Notes: generated by a model from the sequence alone, not told the origin. A stretch of 63,532 bases of DNA, filler included, from Octopus bimaculoides (GCF_001194135.2; 5 parts of 4 records of this genome joined end to end with filler, not necessarily neighbours in it), one strand, 5' to 3'. Counted from the first letter of the whole stretch, positions 48,716 to 62,080 are shown. Numbers and translations: made by a program.

Positions 48716-49764
48716 TATATATATNNNNNNNNNNNNNNNNNNNNNNNNNNNNNNNNNNNNNNNNNNNNNNNNNNNNNNNNNNNNNNNNNNNNNNNNNNNN
48801 NNNNNNNNNNNNNNNNNNNNNNNNNNNNNNNNNNNNNNNNNNNNNNNNNNNNNNNNNNNNNNNNNNNNNNNNNNNNNNNNNNNNNNNNNNNNNNNNNNNN
48901 NNNNNNNNNNNNNNNNNNNNNNNNNNNNNNNNNNNNNNNNNNNNNNNNNNNNNNNNNNNNNNNNNNNNNNNNNNNNNNNNNNNNNNNNNNNNNNNNNNNN
49001 NNNNNNNNNNNNNNNNNNNNNNNNNNNNNNNNNNNNNNNNNNNNNNNNNNNNNNNNNNNNNNNNNNNNNNNNNNNNNNNNNNNNNNNNNNNNNNNNNNNN
49101 NNNNNNNNNNNNNNNNNNNNNNNNNNNNNNNNNNNNNNNNNNNNNNNNNNNNNNNNNNNNNNNNNNNNNNNNNNNNNNNNNNNNNNNNNNNNNNNNNNNN
49201 NNNNNNNNNNNNNNNNNNNNNNNNNNNNNNNNNNNNNNNNNNNNNNNNNNNNNNNNNNNNNNNNNNNNNNNNNNNNNNNNNNNNNNNNNNNNNNNNNNNN
49301 NNNNNNNNNNNNNNNNNNNNNNNNNNNNNNNNNNNNNNNNNNNNNNNNNNNNNNNNNNNNNNNNNNNNNNNNNNNNNNNNNNNNNNNNNNNNNNNNNNNN
49401 NNNNNNNNNNNNNNNNNNNNNNNNNNNNNNNNNNNNNNNNNNNNNNNNNNNNNNNNNNNNNNNNNNNNNNNNNNNNNNNNNNNNNNNNNNNNNNNNNNNN
49501 NNNNNNNNNNNNNNNNNNNNNNNNNNNNNNNNNNNNNNNNNNNNNNNNNNNNNNNNNNNNNNNNNNNNNNNNNNNNNNNNNNNNNNNNNNNNNNNNNNNN
49601 NNNNNNNNNNNNNNNNNNNNNNNNNNNNNNNNNNNNNNNNNNNNNNNNNNNNNNNNNNNNNNNNNNNNNNNNNNNNNNNNNNNNNNNNNNNNNNNNNTTC
49701 AAATATTTAAATTATTTCAATTACCTGAATCTAGTAGAGAAGGGAGACTGAATGAATTATACTA

Positions 49765-49959
49765 GTTTGCTGATGGTGATGTTGATGATGATGATGATGG
49801 TGATACAGATGATGGTGATAATGATGCTGAAAATGGTGATGATGATGGTGATGATGATGATGATGTTGATGATAATGGTGATGATAATGGTGATGATGAT
49901 GATGATAATGATGATGATGATGATGATGGTGATGGTGATGGTGATGGTGATGATGATGG

Positions 49960-50003
<44 letters not shown>

Positions 50004-50761
50004 GTGGTGATGGTGTTAGTGATGATGATGATGATGATGATGATGAGGAGGAGGAGGACGACGACGACGACGACGACGATGATGGTGATGATGATGATGC
50101 TAAAAATGGTGATGATGATGATGGTGATGATGATGATGATGTTGATGATAATGGTGATGATGATGATGAGGATGATGATGATGGTGATGATGATGACGTT
50201 GAGGATAATGGTGATGATGATGATGATGATGATGGTGATGGTGATGGTGATGGTGATGATGATGAAGATCATTTTGAAGGTGATTTTAAGGGTGATGATG
50301 ATGGTTGTAAGGGGAGTAACAGTGATGATTATAGTAATCATGATGGTCATGATATTGAAGATGAGGTCTGTAATGATTGAACTGCGTATGAAAATGACGG
50401 TGACGGTGACGATGATGACGGTGATGATGATGATGACAACGAGGATGCAGGCGATGATGAAGGCAACGAAGATGACGATGATGATAATAATTATGCTCGT
50501 GGTGGCGATAGAGGTGGCGAAGGAGGTGGTGGTGGTGTTGATGATGATGATGATGACGATGATGATGATCGATGATGATGATGATGATGATGACTACGAC
50601 ATAGATAATGGTGGTGGTGGTGATGATGATGATGATGGTGGTGGTGATGATGATGATGATGGTGGTGATGATGATGCTGATGGTGGTGGTGATGATGATG
50701 ATGATGGTGGTGATGATGATGATGATGATGGTGGTGATGATGATGATGATGATGGTGGTGG

Positions 50762-50792
<31 letters not shown>

Positions 50793-51279
50793 GATGAGGA
50801 TAAGGATGACGATCGATGATGATGATGATTGGTGTGCTGTTGTTGGTAATGATGATGATGGTGATAATTCTTGTAGCCAAGTTGATGATATTAATGATGA
50901 TGATTGCGGTCGTGTTAGTGGTGGTGACGGTATTAATTGACTTTGGAGATGATGATGATGATGATGATGATAATGATGATGGTGATGATGATGATGATGT
51001 TGAGGTTAATGATTATGATTTTGGTAAAGAGGTTAGTGGTTTGTAGGCGGAAATGGTAACGTCGGTAATTAGGCTAATTGTGATGATGATGATGATGATG
51101 GTTAAGGATGACGACAATCGTCTTAATGGAAAGATAACAGTGGTGGCGGTGGCGATGATGAAGATAATGATGGAGACGACGACGACGACGATGATGATGA
51201 TGATGATATTGATGATGAGGACGATGAGGATGACGAAGACGACGACGACGACGACGACGACGACGATGATGATGATAAA

Positions 51280-51312
<33 letters not shown>

Positions 51313-51438
51313 ATTTNNNNNNNNNNNNNNNNNNNNNNNNNNNNNNNNNNNNNNNNNNNNNNNNNNNNNNNNNNNNNNNNNNNNNNNNNNNNNNNNNACG
51401 ACGACGACGACGACGACGACGACGATGATGATGATAAA

Positions 51439-51471
<33 letters not shown>

Positions 51472-51543
51472 ATTGATGATGAGGACGATGAGGATGACGA
51501 AGACGACGACGACGACGACGACGACGACGATGATGATGATAAA

Positions 51544-51576
<33 letters not shown>

Positions 51577-51650
51577 ATTTATGATGAGGATGATGAGGAT
51601 GACGAAGACGATGATGATGATAAAGATGATGATGATGATGATGATGATCA
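49765..51650. repeat. ~1.9-kb compound (GAT/GGT/GAC)n array with higher-order duplications
   Basis: Directly visible; blocks recur at ~49815 and ~50095, and at ~51175-51316 and ~51398-51640. Confidence 0.95.
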
Positions 51651-52139
51651 GTCTCGAGAGACAAATCAATATGGCTAGACTAAGGAGAAAATAATAACGA
51701 AAAAAGAAAACCTGATACTGTTTTTTTCCTTTATACAGATTAGCTGAAGAGAGCTATGTTAGCTTGTTATTGTTGTTGTTATTCTTGTTGTTGGTGTTTG
51801 TTGCTGTAACTGCTGTTGCTTTCGGTATTGTTGTTGGTTTTGTTGTTGTTGTTGTGTAGCTCTAGGTCAGTTTGAATACTTGTTCATGTATCGATGTTTT
51901 AATTGTTGTTGCGGCGTCTGGTGGCTGTTGTTTTTGCTGCTGTTGTTATTACTGTTTAGCTGCAGGTCATCCTGATCGTGCAAATTTATGATGCGTTCCA
52001 ACCGTACCTATCCCGCCCTCTGTAAGAATGTCTACAACAGCTAAGTACATTTTCTAATTCATCGTATTCTGATTCTGAAGTTGTTAGGGTGTGCATTGAG
52101 GATTATGTTAGCGGCTATTTTGAGCAGGGTGTGTTACTA

Positions 52140-52620
52140 CGTAGAAGCATCCTTGTCGGTTCATAATTGCTTTTGTTATTATTTCTAACGTTGTTGTTGT
52201 TGATGTTGTTGTTGTTATTCGTGTTGGTACTACTGCACTTGTTGCTATTGTTGCTTGTAGTGCTACTGTTATTGTTACACATGGCATTGCTGCTATTTTT
52301 CTTGTTGCTAATTTTCTTGCTGTTAATGTTGTCGGTGGTGCTATTTCTGTTGTTATTGCTAAAATTGTTTCTGTTGTTTCTAACGCCTCTGTCAATGCCG
52401 TTGTTGCTAACGTTGTTACAGCAACTTTTTTCTTGTTGCTAATGCTGTTGTTGGTGCTACTGCTGTCGTTATTGCTAATATTGCTGCTGTTGTTTCTAAT
52501 GTTACCACTTATGCTTTTGTTGTTACCTTCTTGTTGCTACTGTTCATGTTTTCGGTTCCCCTGGTTCCATTGCTAATCTTGTTGTTGCTGATATTCTTCA
52601 TGATGTTGTAAATGTTGTCC
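52140..52620. repeat. Decayed (GTT/GCT)n low-complexity tract
   Basis: Directly visible. Confidence 0.8.
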
Positions 52621-53212
52621 TAATCGTAGTTATTATCGTGTTATTGTTATCTTCTGTTGATTTTCTTGCCGTGACACTTCATGGCTGCATTGACCTTATT
52701 GGTGTTTACCCTCAGGCTAGCCCACTTCGAACAGAATCCGCCCCCCCCCCCAACACCACCACTAAGAGCTCAGCATAAAACAAACCAGCAAAAATCTTCA
52801 AAAACCAGTTTGAGCGGGGGACGGTTTGTCTTTTCAAACTCCAAGAAAGAAGTGGTCAATGTCCTCATCAGAGACATTACCTGTAACAAACCTGGAATTC
52901 CTTATTCGTGAAATAGACTCACGCCAGCAGATTTGTAAATCGTCACGGTTGGAACCGATGTAAGGAATATAAACCCGTCCCACCTGAAACCCTACATGCA
53001 GAGTCATTCCGGATATTATTTTTTGTTCGCAAAACTAACTGACCATAACGTCTTCATTCCTCCGAATGTATAAACGTGATATGTCTCCGGCCATTTGGGC
53101 CTGACGTGTCGCCTACACAGCTAAGCGCATTATAGGTGAGGTGCGAAACCAATAGTCACTCTCTGACCGCCTTAAAAATCAGCCTTCTTCTCTCTCTTTC
53201 TCTCTCTCTTTC

Positions 53213-53298
<86 letters not shown>

Positions 53299-53606
53299 TA
53301 TACATATATATATATATATAGGACAGACCTTTATATACTGCCGGATACAGATATGTATGTATGTATGTATATATGTATGCATACATGTAGATATGTATAT
53401 ATATATTTTATATNNNNNNNNNNNNNNNNNNNNNNNNNNNNNNNNNNNNNNNNNNNNNNNNNNNNNNNNNNNNNNNNNNNNNNNNNNNNNNNNNNNNNNN
53501 NNNNNNNNNNNNNNNNNNNNNNNNNNNNNNNNNNNNNNNNNNNNNNNNNNNNNNNNNNNNNNNNNNNNNNNNNNNNNNNNNNNNNNNNNNNNNNNNNNNN
53601 NNNNNN

Positions 53607-53691
<85 letters not shown>

Positions 53692-53752
53692 CGAGGGCAA
53701 TGGCAATATAAATAATTGATAATAACAACAATACTAATATGATTTGTTGCAG

Positions 53753-53880
53753 GCCTAAATTAGCATTATATACCCATACAATTGAAGCTGCTCTGATTTG
53801 GCCCCAAACAATTCCAAGGGCAAACAGATTTCAATGTAGTGGGTTGGGAAGATTTTTCAAATGGTCGACATGTGATGAAG
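53753..53880 (+). other. Candidate internal exon (128 nt), unidentified
   Basis: ctaat...ttgttgcag acceptor and GAAG|gtaaga donor; one open frame PKLALYTHTIEAALIWPQ...STCDE. No homology recognised. Confidence 0.25.
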
Positions 53881-54090
53881 GTAAGATTTATGTTAAACCA
53901 GAAACCGGTTCACATACATATTAATACCAAGAAATATATAGCATTCTGCTATATGGGTATGTGAAAGACTTTTTCGAACCATTTCTCCGAATACTGTTGT
54001 TTTCTGTTGTTATTTTCAGTGTGGTTTAATGAGGCTTTTTGCTCTTATTTCTAACAGGCAGGCACATTCGTGTTCCCTTGTGATATGAAT

Positions 54091-54142
<52 letters not shown>

Positions 54143-54284
54143 CACACGACAGGTTTCTTCAGTTTCCGTCCACCATATCCACTCAAAAACATTTGGCCTG
54201 CCCGGGCTGCCGCGCAGTCGAACTGAACTCGAAACCACTTGGTTGCAAAGCGAGCTTCTTAACCACCCAGCATTCCCTGCGCCT
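54143..54284 (-). mobile_element. SINE family B 5' half, diverged
   Basis: CGACAGGTTTCTTCAGTTTCCGTC...ACTGAACTCGAAACC...CCTGCGCC. Confidence 0.75.
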
Positions 54285-54289
54285 AAACA

Positions 54290-54335
<46 letters not shown>

Positions 54336-55839
54336 TGTTTGTGTATGTATACGTATGTGTATATACAGACATTTTTACACGCTTAGACACACATACGCTT
54401 ATGTGTATCTACGTAAATGAAGTTTGGTGTAATGGTTAAAACTTAAATGCAATGAACAAAGTGAAGAATTAATGAAACTAATAATGTACAACTAGAGCAA
54501 CAGCAGCGGCGGCGGCAGCGGCGCGTGTGATGGTGAACGTGCAAATTAGAAGATGATTATAGCGATGGCGATGGTGTTAGCGATGGTGGATTGATATTTG
54601 GCGCAATTCCAAATGCCCGCGAGTTGGCAAGTGTTTTAAATACTAGCCAAAGCTTTGATGTCTAACAGCAGCCATTCGTAAACCCCTCTTCTAATTCTAT
54701 CTTTGCTCCCCCACCTCTCTCTCTCTCTCTCTGTCTCTTTTTTTCTTTCTCTAATATCATCCTTTCCTTTGGCTGTCTATCTGCCTGTTTCTGCTATGTT
54801 GATCTTTGTCTATCGCTCTCACTCCCTATCCGTATAGCTACACCGCTTTCATTATCTGTCTGTCTGTTTCTCTCATTCTTTACTCATTCTCTCTCTCTGT
54901 CTTTTCGTTTTCCTCTGATAAATGCACTTTCCTTTTGCTGTGTGTTTCAATCTTTGTCTGTCTATCTATATGTTTATCTCTCTCTCTCTCTCTATCGATC
55001 AATCGATCAGTCTATCAATTTATATATGTATCCACCCACCTATCTGTGTATCTGTCATTTTATCTACCTACCTATATATCTATCGATCAATCTATCAATT
55101 TATGTATCTATACACCAATCTGACTTTCTGTCTGTCTGTCTATCTTACTCAGTTTCAACCCTCTCTGTCTCTCTTTCTTTCATTTTTTCTCCAAATACCA
55201 CCCGAATTTTCTTGCTGTCTGTTTCCATCTCTCTCGATTTCCATTATTACCTCTCTTTTACTATCTGACAATTTTTCTCATTCAATTCCATAATTCCTCT
55301 CTTCCCCATTGCTTGTGTCTTTCTGTCTACGATACTACCTCTTTCTCTCCCCCCCTTCTTTCTGTCTGTCTCTGTCTCTCTCTTTCTCTCTTTCTCTCTC
55401 TCTCTCTCTGTCTCTCTCCCTATCTTTCACCACATCCCTCCTGTCTTTCCTTCCAGCGTCATCTTCTTGCAATGGCGTCTACATTGTTTCTATCAAAAGT
55501 AATGGCTGACATTTCTGAGACGTTATCACACACTTTGTATCCAACAGTTTTTCTGTACCGCCTCTTTATTTCACATTTATATCATCCGCCCGTTTGTCCG
55601 TTCGTCCGTCCGTTCCTCCGTGCGTCTATCGACCTCGCTGTCCGTTTGTCTGTCTGACTATGAACATACTTCACGTGTTCTGTCAGTGATTTGTCTCTCT
55701 GTCTGTTTGTAATTCTCTCGTTTTGTCTGACATTCCATCCGTTTCTCTGTCCGTTTGTGTCTCTGTGTGCATCTCTGTTGTTCTTGTGCTATACTTGCTC
55801 AAATTTATAACCAATTGAAACATATGAATTACCCGTAAC

Positions 55840-56150
55840 AATAGCAACAACAAGAAGAACAACAAAAACGTGAACAGCAAAAGTAACAACCTCACGAAGA
55901 GCAACAACAACAACAATAAAAACAACAATGTTGACACGAACAACGAAGACGACACCAATAACAAAACCAATGACGAAAACAACAACAACAACAACAACAC
56001 AGCAACGGCAACAACAATACCAACAGCGACAACAGCAACAACAACAACATCAAATACAGTAGCAGCAGCAGCAGATGCAACAGCAGCAACAAGAACAAGA
56101 ACAACAATAATAAAAATCAACAACAGCGACAACAGCGATGACTATATTTG
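55840..56150. repeat. Decayed (AAC/AGC)n tract
   Basis: Directly visible. Confidence 0.85.
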
Positions 56151-56353
56151 ATAGTGTGATCTCAAATACAATGGTTTTGAAAATAAAGATGAGATGGTCA
56201 CGGCCGGAGCATCTTTGTTTATATTAGTGCTGAGCTGTTCCGGAAAGGAACACAGATATAAGAAAAACTAACAACACAAAAAGTAAGATAATCCTCCATG
56301 TAGTCACGCCATCTTCTGGAAATAGAAATCAAATCTTTTCAAAATATTCTTTC

Positions 56354-56518
56354 GGTGCAGGAGTGGCTGTGTGGTAAGTAGCTTGCTTACGAACCACATG
56401 GTTCTGGGTTCAGTCCCACTGCGTGGCACCTTGGGCAAGTGTCTTCTACTATAGCTTCGGGCCGACCAAAGCCTTGTGAGTGGATTTGGTAGACGGAAAC
56501 TGAAAGAAGCCCGTCGTA

Positions 56519-56587
<69 letters not shown>

Positions 56588-56814
56588 GTGCATATGTTTG
56601 TGTGTCTGTTTGTCCCCCCAGCTTCGCGTGACAACAGAGGCTGGTGTGTTTACGTCCCCGTAACTTAGCGGTTCGGCAAAAATAGACCGATAGCATAAGT
56701 ACTAGGCTTACAAAGATTAAGTCCTGGGGTCGATTTGCTCGACTAAAAAGCGGTGCCCCAGCATGGCTGCAGTTAAATGACTGAAACATGTAAAAGAATA
56801 AAAGAATAAAAGAG
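56354..56814 (+). mobile_element. Full-length tRNA-derived SINE family B with internal (TA)n
   Basis: A-box-like TGGCTGTGTGG, B-box-like GGTTCAGTCCC, internal (TA)n from ~56517, (TAAAAGAA)n tail. Confidence 0.92.
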
Positions 56815-57838
56815 ATTACTTAATAAATGGATGGAAACATTGGATGTCGTAGATGATTATAAGGTATAGTTGTGGTTGGCACCTCTTTTATCATAGGTAT
56901 ACCTGAATATGAATAGTCTTAAATTCATATTCACCCATGTGGAAATACCCATGTAAATCTTTGTGTGTATCTAACTTACACACGCGCGCACACACACACG
57001 CACGCATACATGCCAGTTGGTTTGGGTCATGTCGATCGTAGTTATTAGTCAGTAGCTTCCAGCATGTTGGCTATTAGTTTACACTGTGGGAAGATTAATG
57101 AATTAATCAGTTTAAACAGTTAATTAAATCAATTAATAATATTTCTTCATTTCCTTATAAAATTAGGAGCGATTATTTAAAGATAACAAGTACTCCACGG
57201 CACCAATTCCAGTAGTAAACATTAGTTGTATATAACATGCGGTACATAAAAACAATAAAAAGATAAGGATGGACGACAACAGTTCGATTCATGTAACACA
57301 TGTTTCAGGAGCATGGCGTTTTATTCATTCTTCGTGCATTAGCTCACAGGAAAATATCTACCATTTCTTCCGGCATCCTTCGGATGTCTGAATATGAGAG
57401 GTAATGCAAAAATAATAAATAAAATGGCTTGCTACTGAAACATGAGTAACATGGACTGAACTGCGATCGTCCATTCTAAACCTTTTTGTGTGCGTGTGTG
57501 TGTGTGTGCGTGTGTGCATGTGTAAGAATGTATTTATTGTCTATATATATATATGCATGAATATAAATGTTTATCAACACAAGCGTGCTCTGGCTCACAC
57601 ACACACGTACATGCACAATACACATATTAACTGGCGTCACATTGTTTTTGTATCACCTCTTTCTCCTGCCATCAACCTTCACAGGGGGATTTTAATTCCG
57701 TTGTATATGTCGATGAAACACAACGCAGTTTACAGTCCTGTAACAGCTCTCGTTCCATAATAATGATCTATTGTACCCTTTTGATTGCTTAGTGGACTGC
57801 GTCGTACACATATATTAACACTAATACAAACATTTATC

Positions 57839-57909
57839 TTAAACTAATACATCCTTTTGTTGTTTACACCACCTGTCCTCGTCTGTTGTTGTTTTTTTCG
57901 TAAATTCTT

Positions 57910-57911
<2 letters not shown>
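57839..57911 (+). mobile_element. PLE-type terminal repeat P1, copy 3 (tail only), ending in (AT)n
   Basis: TTAAACTAATACATCCTTTTGTTGTTTACACCACCTGTCCTCG shared with the copies at ~6680 and ~30082. Confidence 0.8.
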
Positions 57912-57942
<31 letters not shown>

Positions 57943-58140
57943 NNNNNNNNNNNNNNNNNNNNNNNNNNNNNNNNNNNNNNNNNNNNTTAATTAATTAANN
58001 NNNNNNNNNNNNNNNNNNNNNNNNNNNNNNNNNNNNNNNNNNCCTCTCTCACTCTCTCTTTTTCATATGCATACATTCGAACACCTATTCTTATATATAT
58101 ATATATATATATATATTGACAGATAGACAGACATAGATAG

Positions 58141-58179
<39 letters not shown>

Positions 58180-58335
58180 TAGCATCCACTCTAGCTCTGA
58201 CATGCACGTGCATACAAACAGATTTAAATGCATAAATACAAACAGATATAAATACATACATGCATGCATACATACATACATACATGCATACATACATACA
58301 TACATACATACATACATACATACATACATACATAC

Positions 58336-58870
58336 TAGAATACTGGTGGAATGTAGCAGTGAAGACCTCGATAAAATGTAAGCATAACAGACCTGATATA
58401 ATGATTTTGGATAGAGAAGAGATACTGTGTACAGTTGTGGAAATTAGGTGCCCAGCGGATGTTAACATAAAGCTGAAGATCATTGAAAAAGTGAACACCT
58501 ATGCTAAACTGTTAAAAAATCTGCAGCTACTCTATCCAGATTACAAATTCAGGTTTATACCTGTAATTATTGGGGACCTGAGATTTGTAACACACTGCCT
58601 AAATACCAATCTTGAGAAATTAGGCTTCTCAAAACCAGGAAAGAGAAAAGTAATTTGAAGACTACAGATCCAATCCATCACTGGAACTATAAAAATCTGT
58701 AAAACTTTCCAGAAGTTTATCATTTAAATATTTTATATATTGGCATGTCTAGATATGCAACGATATGCATACATACATGAAGCAAATAGAGAATACATAC
58801 ATAAAGCAAAACATACAAATATGCACATACATACACACATACATACATACATACATACATACATACATAN
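58336..58870 (+). mobile_element. 5'-truncated copy of the R4-clade family, beginning directly after (CATA)n
   Basis: EYWWNVAVKTSIKCKHNRPDIMILDREE.LCTVVEIRCPADVNI...RFIPVIIG...GTIKICKTFQK, collinear with 1-1273; one internal stop. Confidence 0.92.
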
Positions 58871-59311
58871 NNNNNNNNNNNNNNNNNNNNNNNNNNNNNN
58901 NNNNNNNNNNNNNNNNNNNNNNNNNNNNNNNNNNNNNNNNNNNNNNNNNNNNNNNNNNNNNNNNNNNNNNNNNNNNNNNNNNNNNNNNNNNNNNNNNNNN
59001 NNNNNNNNNNNNNNNNNNNNNNNNNNNNNNNNNNNNNNNNNNNNNNNNNNNNNNNNNNNNNNNNNNNNNNNNNNNNNNNNNNNNNNNNNNNNNNNNNNNN
59101 NNNNNNNNNNNNNNNNNNNNNNNNNNNNNNNNNNNNNNNNNNNNNNNNNNNNNNNNNNNNNNNNNNNNNNNNNNNNNNNNNNNNNNNNNNNNNNNNNNNN
59201 NNNNNNNNNNNNNNNNNNNNNNNNNNNNNNNNNNNNNNNNNNNNNNNNNNNNNNNNNNNNNNNNNNNNNNNNNNNNNNNNNNNNNNNNNNNNNNNNNNNN
59301 NNNNNNNNNNN

Positions 59312-59616
59312 NCGTGCAAGTGGCTGAGCACTCCACAGACACGTGTACCCTTAACGTAGTTCTCGGGGAGATTCAGCGTGGCACAGTGTGACAAGGCTGA
59401 CCCTTTGAATTACAGGCACAACAGAAACAGGAAGTAAGAATAAGAGAAAGTTGTGGTGAAAGAGTACAGCAGGGTTCGCCACTATCCCCTGCCGGAGCCT
59501 CGTGGAGCTTTAGGTGTTTTCGCTCAATAAACACTCACAACGCCCGATCTGGGAATCGAAACCACGATCCTATGACCGCGAGTCCGCTGCCCTAACCACT
59601 GGGCCATTGTGCCTCC
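59312..59616 (-). mobile_element. SINE family A copy (3' end lost in gap)
   Basis: Reverse complement of 5147-5450. Confidence 0.92.
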
Positions 59617-59899
59617 ATACCTGCTATCATATATCCATGAAAAACCCATAAAAGACACCTACAGAGTACGTTGTAGTGGAATAATTCTTCATAAATATCC
59701 GAGTAGATAGCGAGACCAGAATTTAATATAGTTAATGTCAACGGCAGAATTAGACTTTAAAATACCATCGAACGGTGTAAGGTAAATAATAAATTCACAG
59801 TAGTTCAATTTCATTTTAAGAGAAGATTGAGAAAAATGTACTGGGATTGTACGCAGCAAAATTTGGGAAAATCTGATAACTTTAAAACTTCGTCATATT

Positions 59900-62080
59900 G
59901 CAATGGGGAAAAACTTCGTTTTTGGAGGAAAAATATATTATAACTAACCAGCGTTTACTAATTTGCTTCTAAACCACAAACTGTATACAAGACGGTAAAG
60001 AAAGTATTTCCTTAAAAGAAAGCTCCTTCTCTGGTATATCTTTAATGATATAGGCTAAAATCTGGAAGGAAAATAACGATTTTAATCCAAATATTGCATG
60101 GCCAGATACTATCAAAAATTAATTCTGTACTTCATCGACAGAAAAACTTAATCCGCTTTGGAATTTTCACTGAAGCTGTATGAAAGCTACATAACAGAAA
60201 TTTACCAGGAAGAGACCTGGTAGTTGAACACTAGTATTAGGTGTTAATGGTCACCAGAAAGTTATCAATATGTATATTTCAAAGTAATAAAGAAGGTCAG
60301 CTTGACATACTAAATTGGCTTGATATAGTACAAACAAATCTTGTAGCCAAGAACGACATAGCAAAAAATTATAGCCTCGTTGTTCGCTTGAAATTATATA
60401 CAGATTTTACGTAAGCTGTCTCAACCAATTATTCCAAGACTAGAACTGCAAGTTCTAGAAGATTAGCGACCGACGAGCCGGCAGGTTGGAAGGAGTCAAT
60501 GTGACGTCTTCCAAACAACTTTTGATACAGCTGTACTGTCTATAATAAGAAAACAATATGGACACCTTGTAACAGCATGACTTGATAACAGGAAGACATT
60601 TGATTCCATTCTTCAAGCATAAGTGCTCAAGTCACTGCAATTGGCAAAAGTTCCTGCTGTCTTAGTTACGATTATTTAAAGATTCCCAAATACTTGGTTA
60701 ACAATCCGCACAAGGATACTTGAAAACCAAAGTATTGTCTCTATTGTTATATTTCAACGGAAATATTCCAGGAAGCACTCTGTGCTTCTCTTTATTTTCA
60801 TATTAAATCCATTAGTATTTTTATTTCAAAATTCAGTAATTCTATGCTTGGGTCCACAAGAGACACTAATGTAACGAACTAAAGAGCCATTTTAGAAGTA
60901 CTTACAATTATAATTTTCAATCATGAGAAACAGCTGTATTTACTAACAATATTTTCAGCTGATATAGGGATAGAATTTCCCATCCATGCTCATATTTGAT
61001 AGCTGAACTTTTCCAAACCCTAAATCTTTCGCATCAATGATCTCCCTATATCTCCTGTTCCACAAAACGAGTGCTACAGAAACTTTGCTATTGGGGAAAA
61101 TATACCAACAAATGGGCTTTAAATAAAGACAAAGTGACCTAGAATGGTATTCCAAAATAAAAAAAATATGGTAACCAAAGCTTTCTTCTTACAACAAGGG
61201 AATATCCAAAAATGCATTTACAGCACCTGTACTGGAAACAACATTTCAGATTCCTGACTGGTTTTTTGAAGAAATATGCTCCATAGATATTACAATCCAC
61301 AAGATAATTGCATTAAGTGCAAGCTTCGACACACAGTGGAAGTAACAAGTTCTGTCTCAAAAGAAAAAAATGAAGAGAAGATGATTCAAGTCAATGTAAA
61401 TAGCTATTGAGTATTAAATATGTCAGACATCATCTACTAAACAACGGCAGCAAGAATAAATATATCAACAAAGTAGTCAAAAGTGAAATAAATAGCATCG
61501 GCCTGTGGGTCAGCAATGAGTTCCTCATGAAGTAATCCTTTTACACTTACCTCCCATGCGATCTTAAAACCGCTGGACTGGTGAACCCCAACAAAGACTT
61601 GGAAATGAAGCGCTCTCCCTACCACAAAAAATTGTGCATGTCTTGAGGATGAGGCGAACAATAACAGGAACTATCTCTCTTGAGCACGTGACCGTTGCAT
61701 CACATTGTACTTTGACCATTATGTTTCTTCAGTCCAAGAATCAGTTACAAAAATATCGAAGTAACGGAGACTATGGTGGTTTTGAATTCCCAAGATGCTA
61801 CAAAAATTCTCGATTATGTCACATTTCTGTGGAAGATATTACACACGTGATCAGCTGCTTCCCAGAAATATCATAAAGGTACAATCTTATAATATAGCTT
61901 AAAAAATACAATTCTACCCGTAAGAATAAATACCTTGGGGAAAATACAGAAAATATTTCTATTTTTGAACAAAAAGTTACATTTCTTCACAAAGAGTATT
62001 GGTGAAACATCCTCATCGAAAATTTTGGTAAAGCTTTGTTAACAGACCTGATATAGTTGTAAGGGACACAAAAGTAAATC
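59900..62080 (+). mobile_element. Old, heavily decayed long R4-clade copy (RT through endonuclease)
   Basis: In order: KIWKENNDFN..AW (~60058), KLHN..LPGRD, A*LDNRKTFDSI (60575-60612), FS.DIGIEF, KIW..LSSYNK...NAF..PVL, RLCHISVEDITHVISC (~61811-61858), NRPDIVVRD (62041-62067). Confidence 0.7.

Noticed and set aside
49752-51694. Long Met/Asp/His/Ile-rich ORFs, including a possible acidic biomineralisation-type protein
   Set aside because: Single-base variants of GAT rarely create stops in two of three frames, so open frames are expected without selection; no start context, splice signals or unique domain.
52820-52875. CTGATGAG...GAAA on the minus strand as a hammerhead
   Set aside because: No stem III or cleavage triplet; stem II is mostly G-U.
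57080-57140. GTGGGAA (Su(H)-type) site plus TAAT cluster as an enhancer
   Set aside because: Short motifs are expected by chance in AT-rich DNA; no independent support.
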